From Candidatus Delongbacteria bacterium (GTDB lineage Bacteria > UBA4055): DNA of 41,617 bases. Below are positions 17,556 to 27,528 of the stretch, piece by piece (within the stretch, counting starts at the first letter, position 1; every line of letters begins with the position of its first letter). Below the pieces are notes generated by a model that did not search any database, was not told the origin of the DNA, and saw only the letters and a list, made by a program, of their open reading frames with translations. A program made the position numbers and the translations under genes. The stretch lies in assembly GCA_016937995.1 (NCBI GenBank), contig JAFGVM010000053.1:1-41617 (forward strand), given 5' to 3'.

Positions 17556-19715
17556 ATGAACGTAGCGGAAATGAAAGCCAAACATATCCTGCTTAAAGAG
17601 TTCGATTTCAAGGTGAAAGAACTTTATAGAGGGTATTCTGACAAAACATTATACATCAATCTGGATGATAATACGATCAAAGAAAAAGAAGTTCCCCAGT
17701 CAATGAAAGAGAAATTCATTGGTGGAAAAGGATACGGACTTAAAATGTTATGGGATGCCACAAAACCGGAAACAAAATGGGATGATCCTGAAAATGAGAT
17801 CGTTATTTCTCCGGGCCCTATTGCAGGGATTACTCAATATGCAGGTGCAGGAAAATCACTTGTAGTTGCAATTTCTCCGATGACAGATATAGTTATAGAC
17901 AGTAACGTAGGTGGATATTTTGGACCATTCTTAAAATTTGCCGGATTTGATGCACTTGAACTTCAGGGAAAGGCAAAAAATGACGTAATTATCGTAATAG
18001 ACGGAACTAAGGGTAAGATAACTATCGAAGAAGCTCCTGCTGAAGCAATGGACAGCCATATTCTGGCAGAGCAGCTTACTGAAATGTATTCCGATTCTGA
18101 TGCTCCAAGAGATATGAAGAACATCTCAGTTATTTCAGCAGGAATGGCAGCAGAGCATACAATGATCGGTATGTTGAACTTCAGCTGGTATGATATAAAA
18201 AGAAAGAACGTTCGTCTTAAGCAGGCCGGTAGAGGTGGTATCGGAACTATCTTGAGAAATAAAAAGATCAAAGCAGTAGTTGTTAAGGCAGCAGGAGTTA
18301 CAGCCGATCCAAATCATGTTGCTGATATGGAACCGATAAAAGAAAGAGGTGCCAGATTTGCAAAAGAGATGAAAGAACTTGATCCTCACCAGTGTAGAAT
18401 GAAGCAGGAAGGTACTGCTCACCTTGTAAATATCATGAATGATTATAATCTGCTTCCAACAAACAACTTCCAGTACGGTTCTCATAAAGACGCCGACAAT
18501 CTTCATTCCAGAGTTTGGAATTCTTATTTCACCCAAGGTATGAATGACGGATGTTGGATCGGTTGTACAATGAACTGTGCAAAAGCTGTCGATAATTTCG
18601 AATTAAAATCAGGACCTTACAAAGGTGATAAAGTTATCGTTGACGGACCTGAATATGAAACTGCAGCAGGAGTTGGTTCTAATATGGGTATTTTTGATCC
18701 TGAGACTGTTATCGAATTAAATTTCTACTGTGACACTTACGGAATCGATACAATTTCCTTCGGTACAATGACGGCATTTGCAATGGAATGTTTTGAAAAA
18801 GGTCTTATTACAACAGCTCATACTGGAGGAATGGACTTAAGTTTCGGTAATATTGAATCATCTTTAGAATTAATTCACCAAATGGCAAGAGGTGAGGGAT
18901 TTGGTAAGATCGTAGGTCTTGGTGTAAGAGGAATGAAAAAATATTTTGCAGAGAATTTCGGTGCTGATCCTAAGTTCATGCAGGATATTGGTATGGAAAA
19001 TAAAGGCCTTGAATATTCGCAGTATGTGTCTAAAGAATCATTGGCACAGCAGGGTGGATATGCGATGACAAACAAAGGTCCTCAGCATGATGAAGCATGG
19101 TTGATATTTATGGACATGGTAAACAATCATATCCCTACTTTTGAAGATAAAGCTGAAGCACTTCATTATTTTCCAATGTTCAGAACATGGTTCGGACTAA
19201 TGGGTCTGTGTAAGCTTCCATGGAACGATGTTGAGCCTGAAAATAATGCTCAAACAGATGAACCTGCAAAAGTACCTGAGCACGTAGATAACTATATAAC
19301 TATCTACAATGCCGTGACAGGTCAGAACATTGATAAACATGAAATGATACGTCAGTCCGAGAGAGTGTATAACTATCAGAGAACTTTCAATATCAGAAGA
19401 GGTTACGGCTTGAGAAAGCATGATGCTCAACCTTACAGAGCAGCAGGACCTGTAACAGTTCCTGAATATGAATCTCTTGCAGAACAATATGACAAGCAGA
19501 TGAAAGAAAATATCGGTATCGACCCTGAAGGAAAAACCACTGAGGAAAAAATTGCTATCACAAGAAGATACAGAGAAGATCGATATGAGCAGCTTTTAGA
19601 TGCTGTATACAAGAGAAGAGGCTGGACAGATAATGGAGTACCTACTTTGGCACATATGAAAGATCTTGGTATGGATCTTCCAGAAGTCGTTGAAGTGTTA
19701 AGTAAGCACCAGTAA
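17556..19715 (+). CDS. aor: Aldehyde:ferredoxin oxidoreductase family (tungstopterin) enzyme
   Basis: FIGGKGYG, DSNVGGYFG...AGFDA, AGRGGIG, CWIGCTMNC (Fe-S), DGPEYET, DTYGIDTIS, GLCK and YKRRGW...GVP motifs. Confidence 0.93.
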   Translation: MNVAEMKAKHILLKEFDFKVKELYRGYSDKTLYINLDDNTIKEKEVPQSMKEKFIGGKGYGLKMLWDATKPETKWDDPENEIVISPGPIAGITQYAGAGKSLVVAISPMTDIVIDSNVGGYFGPFLKFAGFDALELQGKAKNDVIIVIDGTKGKITIEEAPAEAMDSHILAEQLTEMYSDSDAPRDMKNISVISAGMAAEHTMIGMLNFSWYDIKRKNVRLKQAGRGGIGTILRNKKIKAVVVKAAGVTADPNHVADMEPIKERGARFAKEMKELDPHQCRMKQEGTAHLVNIMNDYNLLPTNNFQYGSHKDADNLHSRVWNSYFTQGMNDGCWIGCTMNCAKAVDNFELKSGPYKGDKVIVDGPEYETAAGVGSNMGIFDPETVIELNFYCDTYGIDTISFGTMTAFAMECFEKGLITTAHTGGMDLSFGNIESSLELIHQMARGEGFGKIVGLGVRGMKKYFAENFGADPKFMQDIGMENKGLEYSQYVSKESLAQQGGYAMTNKGPQHDEAWLIFMDMVNNHIPTFEDKAEALHYFPMFRTWFGLMGLCKLPWNDVEPENNAQTDEPAKVPEHVDNYITIYNAVTGQNIDKHEMIRQSERVYNYQRTFNIRRGYGLRKHDAQPYRAAGPVTVPEYESLAEQYDKQMKENIGIDPEGKTTEEKIAITRRYREDRYEQLLDAVYKRRGWTDNGVPTLAHMKDLGMDLPEVVEVLSKHQ

Positions 19716-19725
19716 ATATTAATGA

Positions 19726-19750
19726 GGCAGGTATGAAATTCATACCTGCC
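19726..19750 (+). other. Intergenic hairpin without U tract
   Basis: GGCAGGTATGA-AAT-TCATACCTGCC between aor and thiS. Confidence 0.6.
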
Positions 19751-19770
19751 GATAAATTTAGTAAAATAAA

Positions 19771-19974
19771 ATGAGTAAAATTACCGTTAATGATAATGTT
19801 GTCGAGTGGAACGACGGCCTGACGATCACAGAATTATTGAAGATCATGAAGTACACGTTTCCGATGTTGATCGTTAAAGTGAATGGTGAGTTAATTAGAA
19901 AAGATCAGTATGGAACTTACCTAGTACCTGAAAATTCAGATGTGAAGGTGGTCCATTTGATGAGTGGAGGTTAG
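19771..19974 (+). CDS. thiS: ThiS/MoaD family sulfur carrier protein
   Basis: 67 aa, ITVN...VKVNGELI, C-terminal SGG. Confidence 0.9.
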   Translation: MSKITVNDNVVEWNDGLTITELLKIMKYTFPMLIVKVNGELIRKDQYGTYLVPENSDVKVVHLMSGG

Positions 19975-20256
19975 ATGTTCAAAACAAACGAATATTTTGA
20001 AGGTAAAGTGAAATCGATAGCTTTTGATACCCCTGAAGGTCCTGCCACAATTGGTGTTATGGCTCAGGGAGATTATGAATTCGGTACAAGTTCTAAAGAG
20101 TTCATGACAGTTGTAAGTGGTAAGTTGGTTGTTCTTTTACCGGATGAAGACCAATGGAAAGAATATGGTCCGAACGATACATTCATCGTTGAAGCGAACG
20201 TAAAATTCAAAGTAAAGGTAGAATCAAATACTTCGTATATCTGCCTGTACAGGTAG
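19975..20256 (+). CDS. ppnP: Pyrimidine/purine nucleoside phosphorylase (DUF1255)
   Basis: [23 protein letters not shown]...E.M.VVSG and Y.CLY motifs. Confidence 0.92.
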   Translation: MFKTNEYFEGKVKSIAFDTPEGPATIGVMAQGDYEFGTSSKEFMTVVSGKLVVLLPDEDQWKEYGPNDTFIVEANVKFKVKVESNTSYICLYR

Positions 20257-20261
20257 GATCT

Positions 20262-20855
20262 ATGAACGAAATTTACACAAGGAATGTCCCAGGAATGACA
20301 GAAGTTCTGTCAAAAGCCTCTGTTGGAATTGCTGGTTGCGGAGGGTTGGGATCAAATGCTGCGGTATCCTTAGTCAGAGCAGGTGTCAAAGATCTAGTGA
20401 TTGCCGATTTTGATGTTGTCGAGAAATCAAATCTGAACAGGCAATATTACTTCCTGAAAGATATTGGTAAAAAGAAGGTAGAAGTTCTCTCTGATAGGCT
20501 GAAAGAGATAAATTCTGAGTGTAAAATAAAAGTATTTGACAAAAAATTGGAAAGAAGTGATATTTCCGGGGTCTTTGGTGATGTAGATATACTGATAGAG
20601 GCATTTGACAAAGCAGAATCAAAGCAGTGGTTAATAGAAGAATGGTCATCAAAATTCCCCTCAAGACCGATAGTAAGCGGAAACGGTATAGGGGGATTAG
20701 GTAAAAATGAGAAACTGTCAGTAAAAAAAATTGGTTCTCTTTATTTTTGCGGAGATGGTGAATCTTCAGAGGAAGAAGGTTTATGTTCAGCGAAAGTTTC
20801 TATAGTGGCGAATATGCAGGCCAGTCTTGTAATAGAACTTTTAATGGATAAGTAG
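20262..20855 (+). CDS. thiF: ThiF family sulfur-carrier adenylyltransferase
   Basis: GIAGCGGLGS, DFDVVEKSNLNRQY, EAFDKAESK and CGD...VANMQA motifs. Confidence 0.9.
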   Translation: MNEIYTRNVPGMTEVLSKASVGIAGCGGLGSNAAVSLVRAGVKDLVIADFDVVEKSNLNRQYYFLKDIGKKKVEVLSDRLKEINSECKIKVFDKKLERSDISGVFGDVDILIEAFDKAESKQWLIEEWSSKFPSRPIVSGNGIGGLGKNEKLSVKKIGSLYFCGDGESSEEEGLCSAKVSIVANMQASLVIELLMDK

Positions 20856-20898
20856 GGTTGAAAACTTGTGTAACAAAAGGAATTATGAAAGGAGATAT

Positions 20899-21969
20899 AT
20901 GAAAAATCAAAATATAATAATATTATCGTTAATGATCCTTATTAGCTCTTTCCTTTATGGAGAAGGTAATACTGACAATAAATGTGATGAATTGAAAAAA
21001 GAGTACCAGGCTAAGCTTGATCAGTTCAACGAAGTAAAAAATAAAATGTCAAAGCCTGACATTTCAAAGACCCAGTATGATGAACTCTACGGGGATTATA
21101 CTGAGATTTGGGAAGATGCAAGCCAGATCAAGAAGAAGATCCAGGAATGTGAGCAGAGTGCCAAGTCCAAGCATCTGGCTCTATTTAATGAAGGTATAGC
21201 ATTTAAAAAAGCAAAAGATTACCAGTCGGCTTATGATAAATTTATTGAAGTCACAAAAATCAAATCTGATTTTCAGCAGGTTAATTATCAAATTGCTGAT
21301 GTGTTGATTTCATTAGGAAGAAATGGAGATTTGGATAAGTGGATCAATCTTGTTATAGATGCTGAGGAAAAAGGTAAGTTGCTCTATAGAAGAGCTGCTT
21401 CTTTAAAAAATTCAAATCCTGCAGGTGCAGTAAAATATTATTTGGAGATGGCAAATTATTATAAACCTGAAAAAGCATATTATCTTGCGGGAATTATAAG
21501 TATGGACAAGCTTTATAATAAGGATAAAGCATTATCATATTTTAAGAAAGCATTGAAAAGTACACCAGAAGATCCAAAACTTTATGATGCAATAGGTGCC
21601 ACACTAATGGATATGAAACCTCCAAAAGGAAAAACAAAGAACGATCTTCTTGCAGAGGCAATAACATATTTTGAGAAAGGGATAAAATATAAAGAAGGAT
21701 ATAAATCTATTGATCTTCTTTACGTAAGAACTGCTCAGGCATATAATCTTCTTGATAAAAGTACGAGTGCTCTTAAATATGCTGATCTTGCACTGAAAGT
21801 TACTAAAAGTAAAAATTTAGCTTCGGCTAATCTAGAAAAAGGTATTGCTTTATGTAAATTGGACAGGTGTAGTGAAGCGAAGAATTTTCTTGTAAGAGCA
21901 GAAAAGGATATGTCCACAAAAACTCAGGCAGGTTTTTGGTTGGAAAAAGTAAACGAGGCATGTAAATAA
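20899..21969 (+). CDS. Exported tetratricopeptide-repeat protein
   Basis: AAGGAG RBS at ATG 20899, signal peptide, multiple TPR-like repeats (AYYLAG, ALSYFKKAL, AITYFEKGI). Confidence 0.8.
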   Translation: MKNQNIIILSLMILISSFLYGEGNTDNKCDELKKEYQAKLDQFNEVKNKMSKPDISKTQYDELYGDYTEIWEDASQIKKKIQECEQSAKSKHLALFNEGIAFKKAKDYQSAYDKFIEVTKIKSDFQQVNYQIADVLISLGRNGDLDKWINLVIDAEEKGKLLYRRAASLKNSNPAGAVKYYLEMANYYKPEKAYYLAGIISMDKLYNKDKALSYFKKALKSTPEDPKLYDAIGATLMDMKPPKGKTKNDLLAEAITYFEKGIKYKEGYKSIDLLYVRTAQAYNLLDKSTSALKYADLALKVTKSKNLASANLEKGIALCKLDRCSEAKNFLVRAEKDMSTKTQAGFWLEKVNEACK

Positions 21970-21990
21970 ATTTCTTGTAAAATTAAGTAG

Positions 21991-22022
21991 AAAAGGTAAG
22001 ATGTGATGTCTTACCTTTTTTT
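21991..22022. terminator. Bidirectional terminator
   Basis: AAAAGGTAAGAT-GTGAT-GTCTTACCTTTTTTT between convergent genes. Confidence 0.8.
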
Positions 22023-22025
22023 ATT

Positions 22026-23471
22026 TTAGAAATTATGTATTGTTCCCTTTTCCCACTTGCCTCTCTTGTATAGAAGATATGCAAAGAAGAGTGTAATAAA
22101 GTTACTTATTATCATTGACCACCAAAGAGCTTCCCATGGATGTTCTTTCAAAGGAAAAGCTAACAGATCCAATATTCTTCCGATTAGACCCTTGTTTAGG
22201 AATGAATTCTCAAGAAAGATACCTGATAGCAGATATACTAAAGGTATTCTGAATATCCATAAACGGGCCGTATTAAACGTCATTACATATTTTGTATATC
22301 CTGCTCCGTTAAATGTTCCCATAAATACATGAATTATGCTGAATGAGAAAGATGCAACACTTAATATCTTGAACATTCTGATGCCTTTGGAAATAACTTC
22401 AGGGTCGTTGACAAAGAACTGGATAAAATATCCTCCGAAGATGAATATTAGTATATTGATCGGCGCTAAAAATGCAAAGATAGCAATGAATGTTGTTTTA
22501 ATACTTTTTTTAGCCCGTTCTATCTTCTTTGCTCCAAGGCATTGTCCTACCACTGAAGCAAGTGCCTGACTTAGACCCATTGCCGGCATCATGAAAAGAC
22601 TTGTAACTCTATTCCCGATAGTATGAGCTGACATTATGACCGTGTCATATGAATTAACAAATCCCTGCAGGAAAACGAAACCGAAACTTGTCATCGACAT
22701 ACCTATTGAGGATGGAAGACTGACTTTGATTATCTTTATCATAATTTCTTTATCAGGAATGATCTCATTGAATTTTGGAACGATCATGTGTAATTTTTTA
22801 AAAATGAAAACTATTCCGATCGCTGCAGCAATAAATCTCGAGAATAATGTTGCAATTGCAGCCCCTCTTATTCCCATCGAGGGTATAAAACCTATCCCGA
22901 AAATCAAGATCGGGTCCAGCATAATATTGATACTTACCGCGATAAGTTGTATTTTCATAGGTGATACTGTATCTCCAAATCCGTGTGAGAAACTCTGATA
23001 GAGCATACCAATGAACATGAATATCATTCCCGGCATTATATAGGAAAGATAGATCACAGCATCATTCATGATATGATCGGGAGTGTTTATAAGATTTAAT
23101 ATCTCATCTATCAGAAAAAAGCTGCTGAATAAAAAAACGATTGTGAACGCAAGTAACAGTATAATGTACTGAGCGAATATTTTTTTGATCTCATTAATTT
23201 TTCCTGCACCTTTGTATTGTGAACTTAAAGATGTCCCTGCAATGGAAAATCCAATTCCAAATGATGAAATAAAAAATACAAGCGGGAAAGACATTCCAAC
23301 AACTGCAACCGCATTCCTTCCGCCTTCCAGTTTCCCAAGCCAGAAAGTATCAGTCAGGTTATAGAAGGTCTGCATCAGATTCGCTAGCATGATAGGAATA
23401 GAAAGTGTTATAAGATTTTTCCAAATACTTCCTGTAGTCAGATCGGTATGTTTCATTTCAGATCTTTTCAT
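22026..23471 (-). CDS. MATE family efflux transporter
   Basis: DLTTGSIWKNL..LSIP, YNLTDTFWLG, GDTVSPM and NIMLDPILIFG..GIRGAAIAT motifs; about 12 hydrophobic segments. Confidence 0.93.
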   Translation of the reverse strand: MKRSEMKHTDLTTGSIWKNLITLSIPIMLANLMQTFYNLTDTFWLGKLEGGRNAVAVVGMSFPLVFFISSFGIGFSIAGTSLSSQYKGAGKINEIKKIFAQYIILLLAFTIVFLFSSFFLIDEILNLINTPDHIMNDAVIYLSYIMPGMIFMFIGMLYQSFSHGFGDTVSPMKIQLIAVSINIMLDPILIFGIGFIPSMGIRGAAIATLFSRFIAAAIGIVFIFKKLHMIVPKFNEIIPDKEIMIKIIKVSLPSSIGMSMTSFGFVFLQGFVNSYDTVIMSAHTIGNRVTSLFMMPAMGLSQALASVVGQCLGAKKIERAKKSIKTTFIAIFAFLAPINILIFIFGGYFIQFFVNDPEVISKGIRMFKILSVASFSFSIIHVFMGTFNGAGYTKYVMTFNTARLWIFRIPLVYLLSGIFLENSFLNKGLIGRILDLLAFPLKEHPWEALWWSMIISNFITLFFAYLLYKRGKWEKGTIHNF

Positions 23472-23899
23472 TTTATGTTCGTCAAAAATTTTGTGGTAGA
23501 ATTATTTTTACTGTAAATAATATCTAAAACGGAAGATGGTTGCAAATTTATATCTTCCAATTTATCAATTTCACTCCAGAAAAATTCAAGATGATCCTCA
23601 TTTGAGATTACAATTTGGGAATAATTTAAAAGTTTTACATTGAAATAAAGTCCGATCTCATGACACAGGTCCCCATTATCGTCTGGAAAGGAATTCTCTA
23701 TACAACCAAGAAATTCATTTACTTCACAATCCATCCCGATCTCCTCATTGATCTCTCTGATCAAAGCCACAGGTACAGATTCAAAATGCTCTATATGACC
23801 TCCCGGTAGAAAAGTATTATTCTTTCCCCTTCTTTTAACCACCAAAATTTTATTATCATTGATTATTACTGCTCTTACTATATTTTCGATCATGGTCAT
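23468..23899 (-). CDS. NUDIX hydrolase
   Basis: Nudix box LPGGHIEHFESVPVALIREINEEIG. Confidence 0.92.
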   Translation of the reverse strand: MTMIENIVRAVIINDNKILVVKRRGKNNTFLPGGHIEHFESVPVALIREINEEIGMDCEVNEFLGCIENSFPDDNGDLCHEIGLYFNVKLLNYSQIVISNEDHLEFFWSEIDKLEDINLQPSSVLDIIYSKNNSTTKFLTNIK

Positions 23900-23921
23900 A
23901 TTCTCTTAATTTTGTACAAAG

Positions 23922-23950
23922 AAGGTAATTCCCTTTGATATTATTGTCAA
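23922..23950 (-). promoter_or_regulatory. sigma70-type promoter for NUDIX-MATE
   Basis: Minus strand TTGACA (23950-23945), 17 bp spacer, TACCTT. Confidence 0.6.
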
Positions 23951-24092
23951 ACTTTAATATTGGAAAGAAATTATTATAACTGAAGATTTTTTTATGATAA
24001 GATACATTTGTTTTTGATCCTTAGTGATCGTATATTATATAAAGTTAGATGTTTGATAAATTTGGGAATTAACTAAAATATAAAGATGTATA

Positions 24093-25760
24093 ATGACCAA
24101 TAATATCGATCCAAATAAAATTGATAAAATGATTGCGGATTTAAAGGAAAATTCACAGGAAAATATTTTGTCAGCCAATTTTTATAAAGTTATAGAAAGC
24201 GGGAAAAAAATTTTAAATCTGTCCGACCAGATCAACTATACCAAAGGTAAAATAGAAGCTGACAATATTCTTGGAAAAACTTATTTTCATATATGCGATT
24301 ATGAAACAGCTCAGATGTATTTTCTCAGATCATTGAAAGAAGCAGAAAAGTCAAATGATAAAAAGGGGATATCTTTTGCGTTAAATAATGTTGGAATAGT
24401 TTTATTCAGATTAAGAAATTTTACTAAAGCTCTGGAATATTATAACAGATCTCTTGAACTAAAAATGGATACGGACGATCTTACTAGTATATCCACTTCT
24501 TATAACAATATAGGTTTGGTGTATAATAATCTGAATGATCCTAAACAAGCTCTGGACTATTTTTTAATGTCGCTGAAAATCGATAAAGAGACCGATAATA
24601 AGCCTGCAATTTCAAGAGCTTTGAATAATATAGGGATAGTTTACAAAAAACTTAACGATAATGACAGGTCTCTAAAATCATTTAATCAGTCCTATCAAAT
24701 AAGTAAGAATCTTAACGATAAGAAAGGGATTGCAACAGCTCTTTCAAATCTAAGTACTCATTATCTTGAAGCAGGAAATATAAATCAAGCTATAGAAAAA
24801 GCCAGAGACGGAATAAGCATTGCTACTCTTATAAATTCGAAAAATCACCTTCTCCACTTTTATCATGTAATTTCAGAAGCGTATGAAAAATCGAATTCAT
24901 TTCAAAAAGCCTTGGAATATTTTAAGAAATATTCTGAATTAAGTGATAAAATATTTTCAGAAGATTCTAATCAAAAGTTAATTGAAATGCAGACAAAATA
25001 TGAAACAGAAAAGAAAGAGAAAGAATTTGAAATATACAGGCTAAAAAACGAAGAGTTATCAAAAATAAATGAAACAAAAGATAAACTTTTTAGAATAATT
25101 CATCACGATCTGTTAAATCCTTTTTCTGCAATACAAACGACTTCTGAACTGATCAACAGTTATTATGGCAGTATATCCGAAGACAAAATGAGAAAATATA
25201 TTCAGATGATCCTTGAATCATCAACTAGGGTCACAAAGTTAATGAATAATCTTTTTGAATGGGCAAAGACTCAGTCCGGACTTATAAAAATCAATGCTGA
25301 AGAGGTAGATCTTAATAATTTAATTAACCAGAACATTGATGTATTAAATGTTAATATCGAAAATAAGAACATCAAAGTGGATAATTTGATTGATATAAAT
25401 TTGAAAGCATATGCGGATGTTAACCTTCTTGATACGGTAATAAGGAATGTCCTTTCAAATGCTGTAAAATTTACTTTTCCGGGAGGAGAAATACAATTTT
25501 TTACAAAAGAAACTGACGATGCAATTTTATTATCTGTTGTTGATAGCGGTATGGGAATAGCAAAGGAGAATTTAGATAAGATTTTCTCTGCCGGCAGCAA
25601 TTTAAGCACAGAAGGTACTGCAAATGAGAAAGGTACCGGTCTGGGGCTCATATTAAGCAAGGAGTTCATGCAGTTGAATAACGGAGATATTTCAGTTGAA
25701 AGTGAATTAGGAAAAGGTTCTAAATTCATAATTGAGATACCTAAATATGCAGAAACTTAA
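24093..25760 (+). CDS. TPR-containing sensor histidine kinase (no obvious TM segment)
   Basis: Repeated ALNNIG/SYNNIG TPRs, H-box IIHHDLLNP, N-box NVLSNAVKFT, G1 DSGMGI and G2 GTGLGL. Confidence 0.92.
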   Translation: MTNNIDPNKIDKMIADLKENSQENILSANFYKVIESGKKILNLSDQINYTKGKIEADNILGKTYFHICDYETAQMYFLRSLKEAEKSNDKKGISFALNNVGIVLFRLRNFTKALEYYNRSLELKMDTDDLTSISTSYNNIGLVYNNLNDPKQALDYFLMSLKIDKETDNKPAISRALNNIGIVYKKLNDNDRSLKSFNQSYQISKNLNDKKGIATALSNLSTHYLEAGNINQAIEKARDGISIATLINSKNHLLHFYHVISEAYEKSNSFQKALEYFKKYSELSDKIFSEDSNQKLIEMQTKYETEKKEKEFEIYRLKNEELSKINETKDKLFRIIHHDLLNPFSAIQTTSELINSYYGSISEDKMRKYIQMILESSTRVTKLMNNLFEWAKTQSGLIKINAEEVDLNNLINQNIDVLNVNIENKNIKVDNLIDINLKAYADVNLLDTVIRNVLSNAVKFTFPGGEIQFFTKETDDAILLSVVDSGMGIAKENLDKIFSAGSNLSTEGTANEKGTGLGLILSKEFMQLNNGDISVESELGKGSKFIIEIPKYAET

Positions 25761-25836
25761 TAAATATTTATAACTTAATTTTCTAATTTAGTCGATAATA
25801 AAATGAAATATTTGTACCTGATAAAGCCTCAAAGCA

Positions 25837-25865
25837 TTGACAAATGTTAATTATAGCCTTATCTT
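25837..25865 (+). promoter_or_regulatory. sigma70-type promoter
   Basis: TTGACA, 17 bp spacer, TATCTT upstream of a GGAGG RBS. Confidence 0.65.
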
Positions 25866-25920
25866 AGAATCAATTAAAGCAGAATTTGAATTGCATCCTA
25901 AAAAATAATGGAGGTATTTT

Positions 25921-27387
25921 ATGAAGAAAATTTTAATAGTGCTCTTAACAATGATGTTATGTTTAGCGTTTGCTCAGGACGAGGAAACTTCTGCACCACC
26001 GACCAGCAATACAGATGATACCGGAGTATCAGGAACTGCAATAATTGGCGGTATCAGCATTGATGGAAAGAATTACCAGCAGATCGGATTTAGATTTGAT
26101 GTTCCTATCGGAAAATTCGGATTCGGACTGGATGCTCAGCTTCTAATAGACGAAGAAGGAAATATCCGTAGTGAGGACTGGGACGAAGTTGAAGACTACA
26201 TGGACAAAATATATTATGTGAGATGGGCTAAAAAAGGTGATCCGTTCTACATTAGGTTAGGTGGATTGGATTATACTTACCTGGGATATAATATAGTTGT
26301 TGACGGTTATTCAAACATGATCGAATATCCTGCTTATAAAAGACTCGGTATGGAACTTTCTTTCGAAGGTGAAAAATTCGGTGGTGAGGTTCTTGTTAAC
26401 AACTACAAAGAATTATTCACAGAAAAACCGGGTATGCTTTTCGGAGCCAGAGCATTTTACAAAGTGTGGGGAGACCTTGCAATTGGTGCAACTTACGCAA
26501 CAGACTTGAACCAGCTTAATGGATTAAGAGATAATGACGATGATGATTATCCGAATGAGATAGATATGTATCCTGAAGATGATAGATATGTTACTGATTG
26601 GGATTATTATTCAATAAACATGAATGCTGATCTTGCTGATTCACTGGTTTACTATAATATTATCGATTCATTAAAAAAGTCTGATCTTCCAAGTTATGCT
26701 GATTCATCAAAAAGTGTTGCAATTTGGGGTTTTGATATTGGATATCCGATATTTAAAAATGATTTTATGAATATAGATGTCTATGGTCAATTTGCTCAGA
26801 TACAGGATTACGGATGGGGTTATTCAGCTCCTGCATTCAGAGTTAAAGCGGGTCCATTCATGTTCTCTGCTGAATACAGACATACTGACGGTGAATTCTT
26901 ATTCGGATTCTTCAATCCGACTTACGAAATGGAGAGAGCAACTTACAACGGAAGTACATTCATTACCAAATCACAAACTCTTAAAGATACCCCAGCACTT
27001 GATGGATTCTTTGTCGGATTGCATTTCAATGCATGGGACTGGTTTACTTTAAAAGCGGATTATCAGGACTTAAAAGGAGAATATCCGATAACCAAGGATG
27101 ATTATGAAGTAAAATCTTTGAGGGGAGAGTTTGCTATAAATGAGAATTTAATACCAAAGATATCATTAGCCAAAGCATATTATATGCAGAATAATGTTGT
27201 TGATCTGTCTGAGTGGAGAACACCAAGTACGATAATGGGATACAGTATAGGCTACAATATTAATGAAGGAACATCGATCATATTTGATTACAGGTATACT
27301 TTTGAGGATATGAATGGAGATCTTGACGTAGAAGATGATGGTGAAACAATAAAAACGATCTCGATCTCAACTGCGATCAAGTTTTAA
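25921..27387 (+). CDS. Exported protein, probable outer-membrane beta-barrel
   Basis: Signal peptide (AFA|Q), aromatic/Gly-rich alternating strands, C-terminal ISISTAIKF and an acidic DNDDDDYPNEIDMYP motif. Confidence 0.65.
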   Translation: MKKILIVLLTMMLCLAFAQDEETSAPPTSNTDDTGVSGTAIIGGISIDGKNYQQIGFRFDVPIGKFGFGLDAQLLIDEEGNIRSEDWDEVEDYMDKIYYVRWAKKGDPFYIRLGGLDYTYLGYNIVVDGYSNMIEYPAYKRLGMELSFEGEKFGGEVLVNNYKELFTEKPGMLFGARAFYKVWGDLAIGATYATDLNQLNGLRDNDDDDYPNEIDMYPEDDRYVTDWDYYSINMNADLADSLVYYNIIDSLKKSDLPSYADSSKSVAIWGFDIGYPIFKNDFMNIDVYGQFAQIQDYGWGYSAPAFRVKAGPFMFSAEYRHTDGEFLFGFFNPTYEMERATYNGSTFITKSQTLKDTPALDGFFVGLHFNAWDWFTLKADYQDLKGEYPITKDDYEVKSLRGEFAINENLIPKISLAKAYYMQNNVVDLSEWRTPSTIMGYSIGYNINEGTSIIFDYRYTFEDMNGDLDVEDDGETIKTISISTAIKF

Positions 27388-27409
27388 TCACAAATGAAAT
27401 TGAAAAATT

Positions 27410-27437
27410 AAAAAACCCCGAATATTCGGGGTTTTTT
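27410..27437 (+). terminator. Rho-independent terminator
   Basis: AAAAAACCCCGAA-TA-TTCGGGGTTTTTT. Confidence 0.88.
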
Positions 27438-27528
27438 ATTGATAATTTGAAAGTCTTACTATAAATTTAAAACTACTATTATCAGGCAGTTTATTTAATA
27501 AATATCTTTATACCTACTAGGAGTGAGC

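Noticed and set aside
19771-20855. thiS/thiF as a ubiquitin-like anti-phage system or a thiamine operon
   Set aside because: No E2, JAB, thiG or thiH genes nearby; adjacency to AOR fits ordinary cofactor sulfur transfer.
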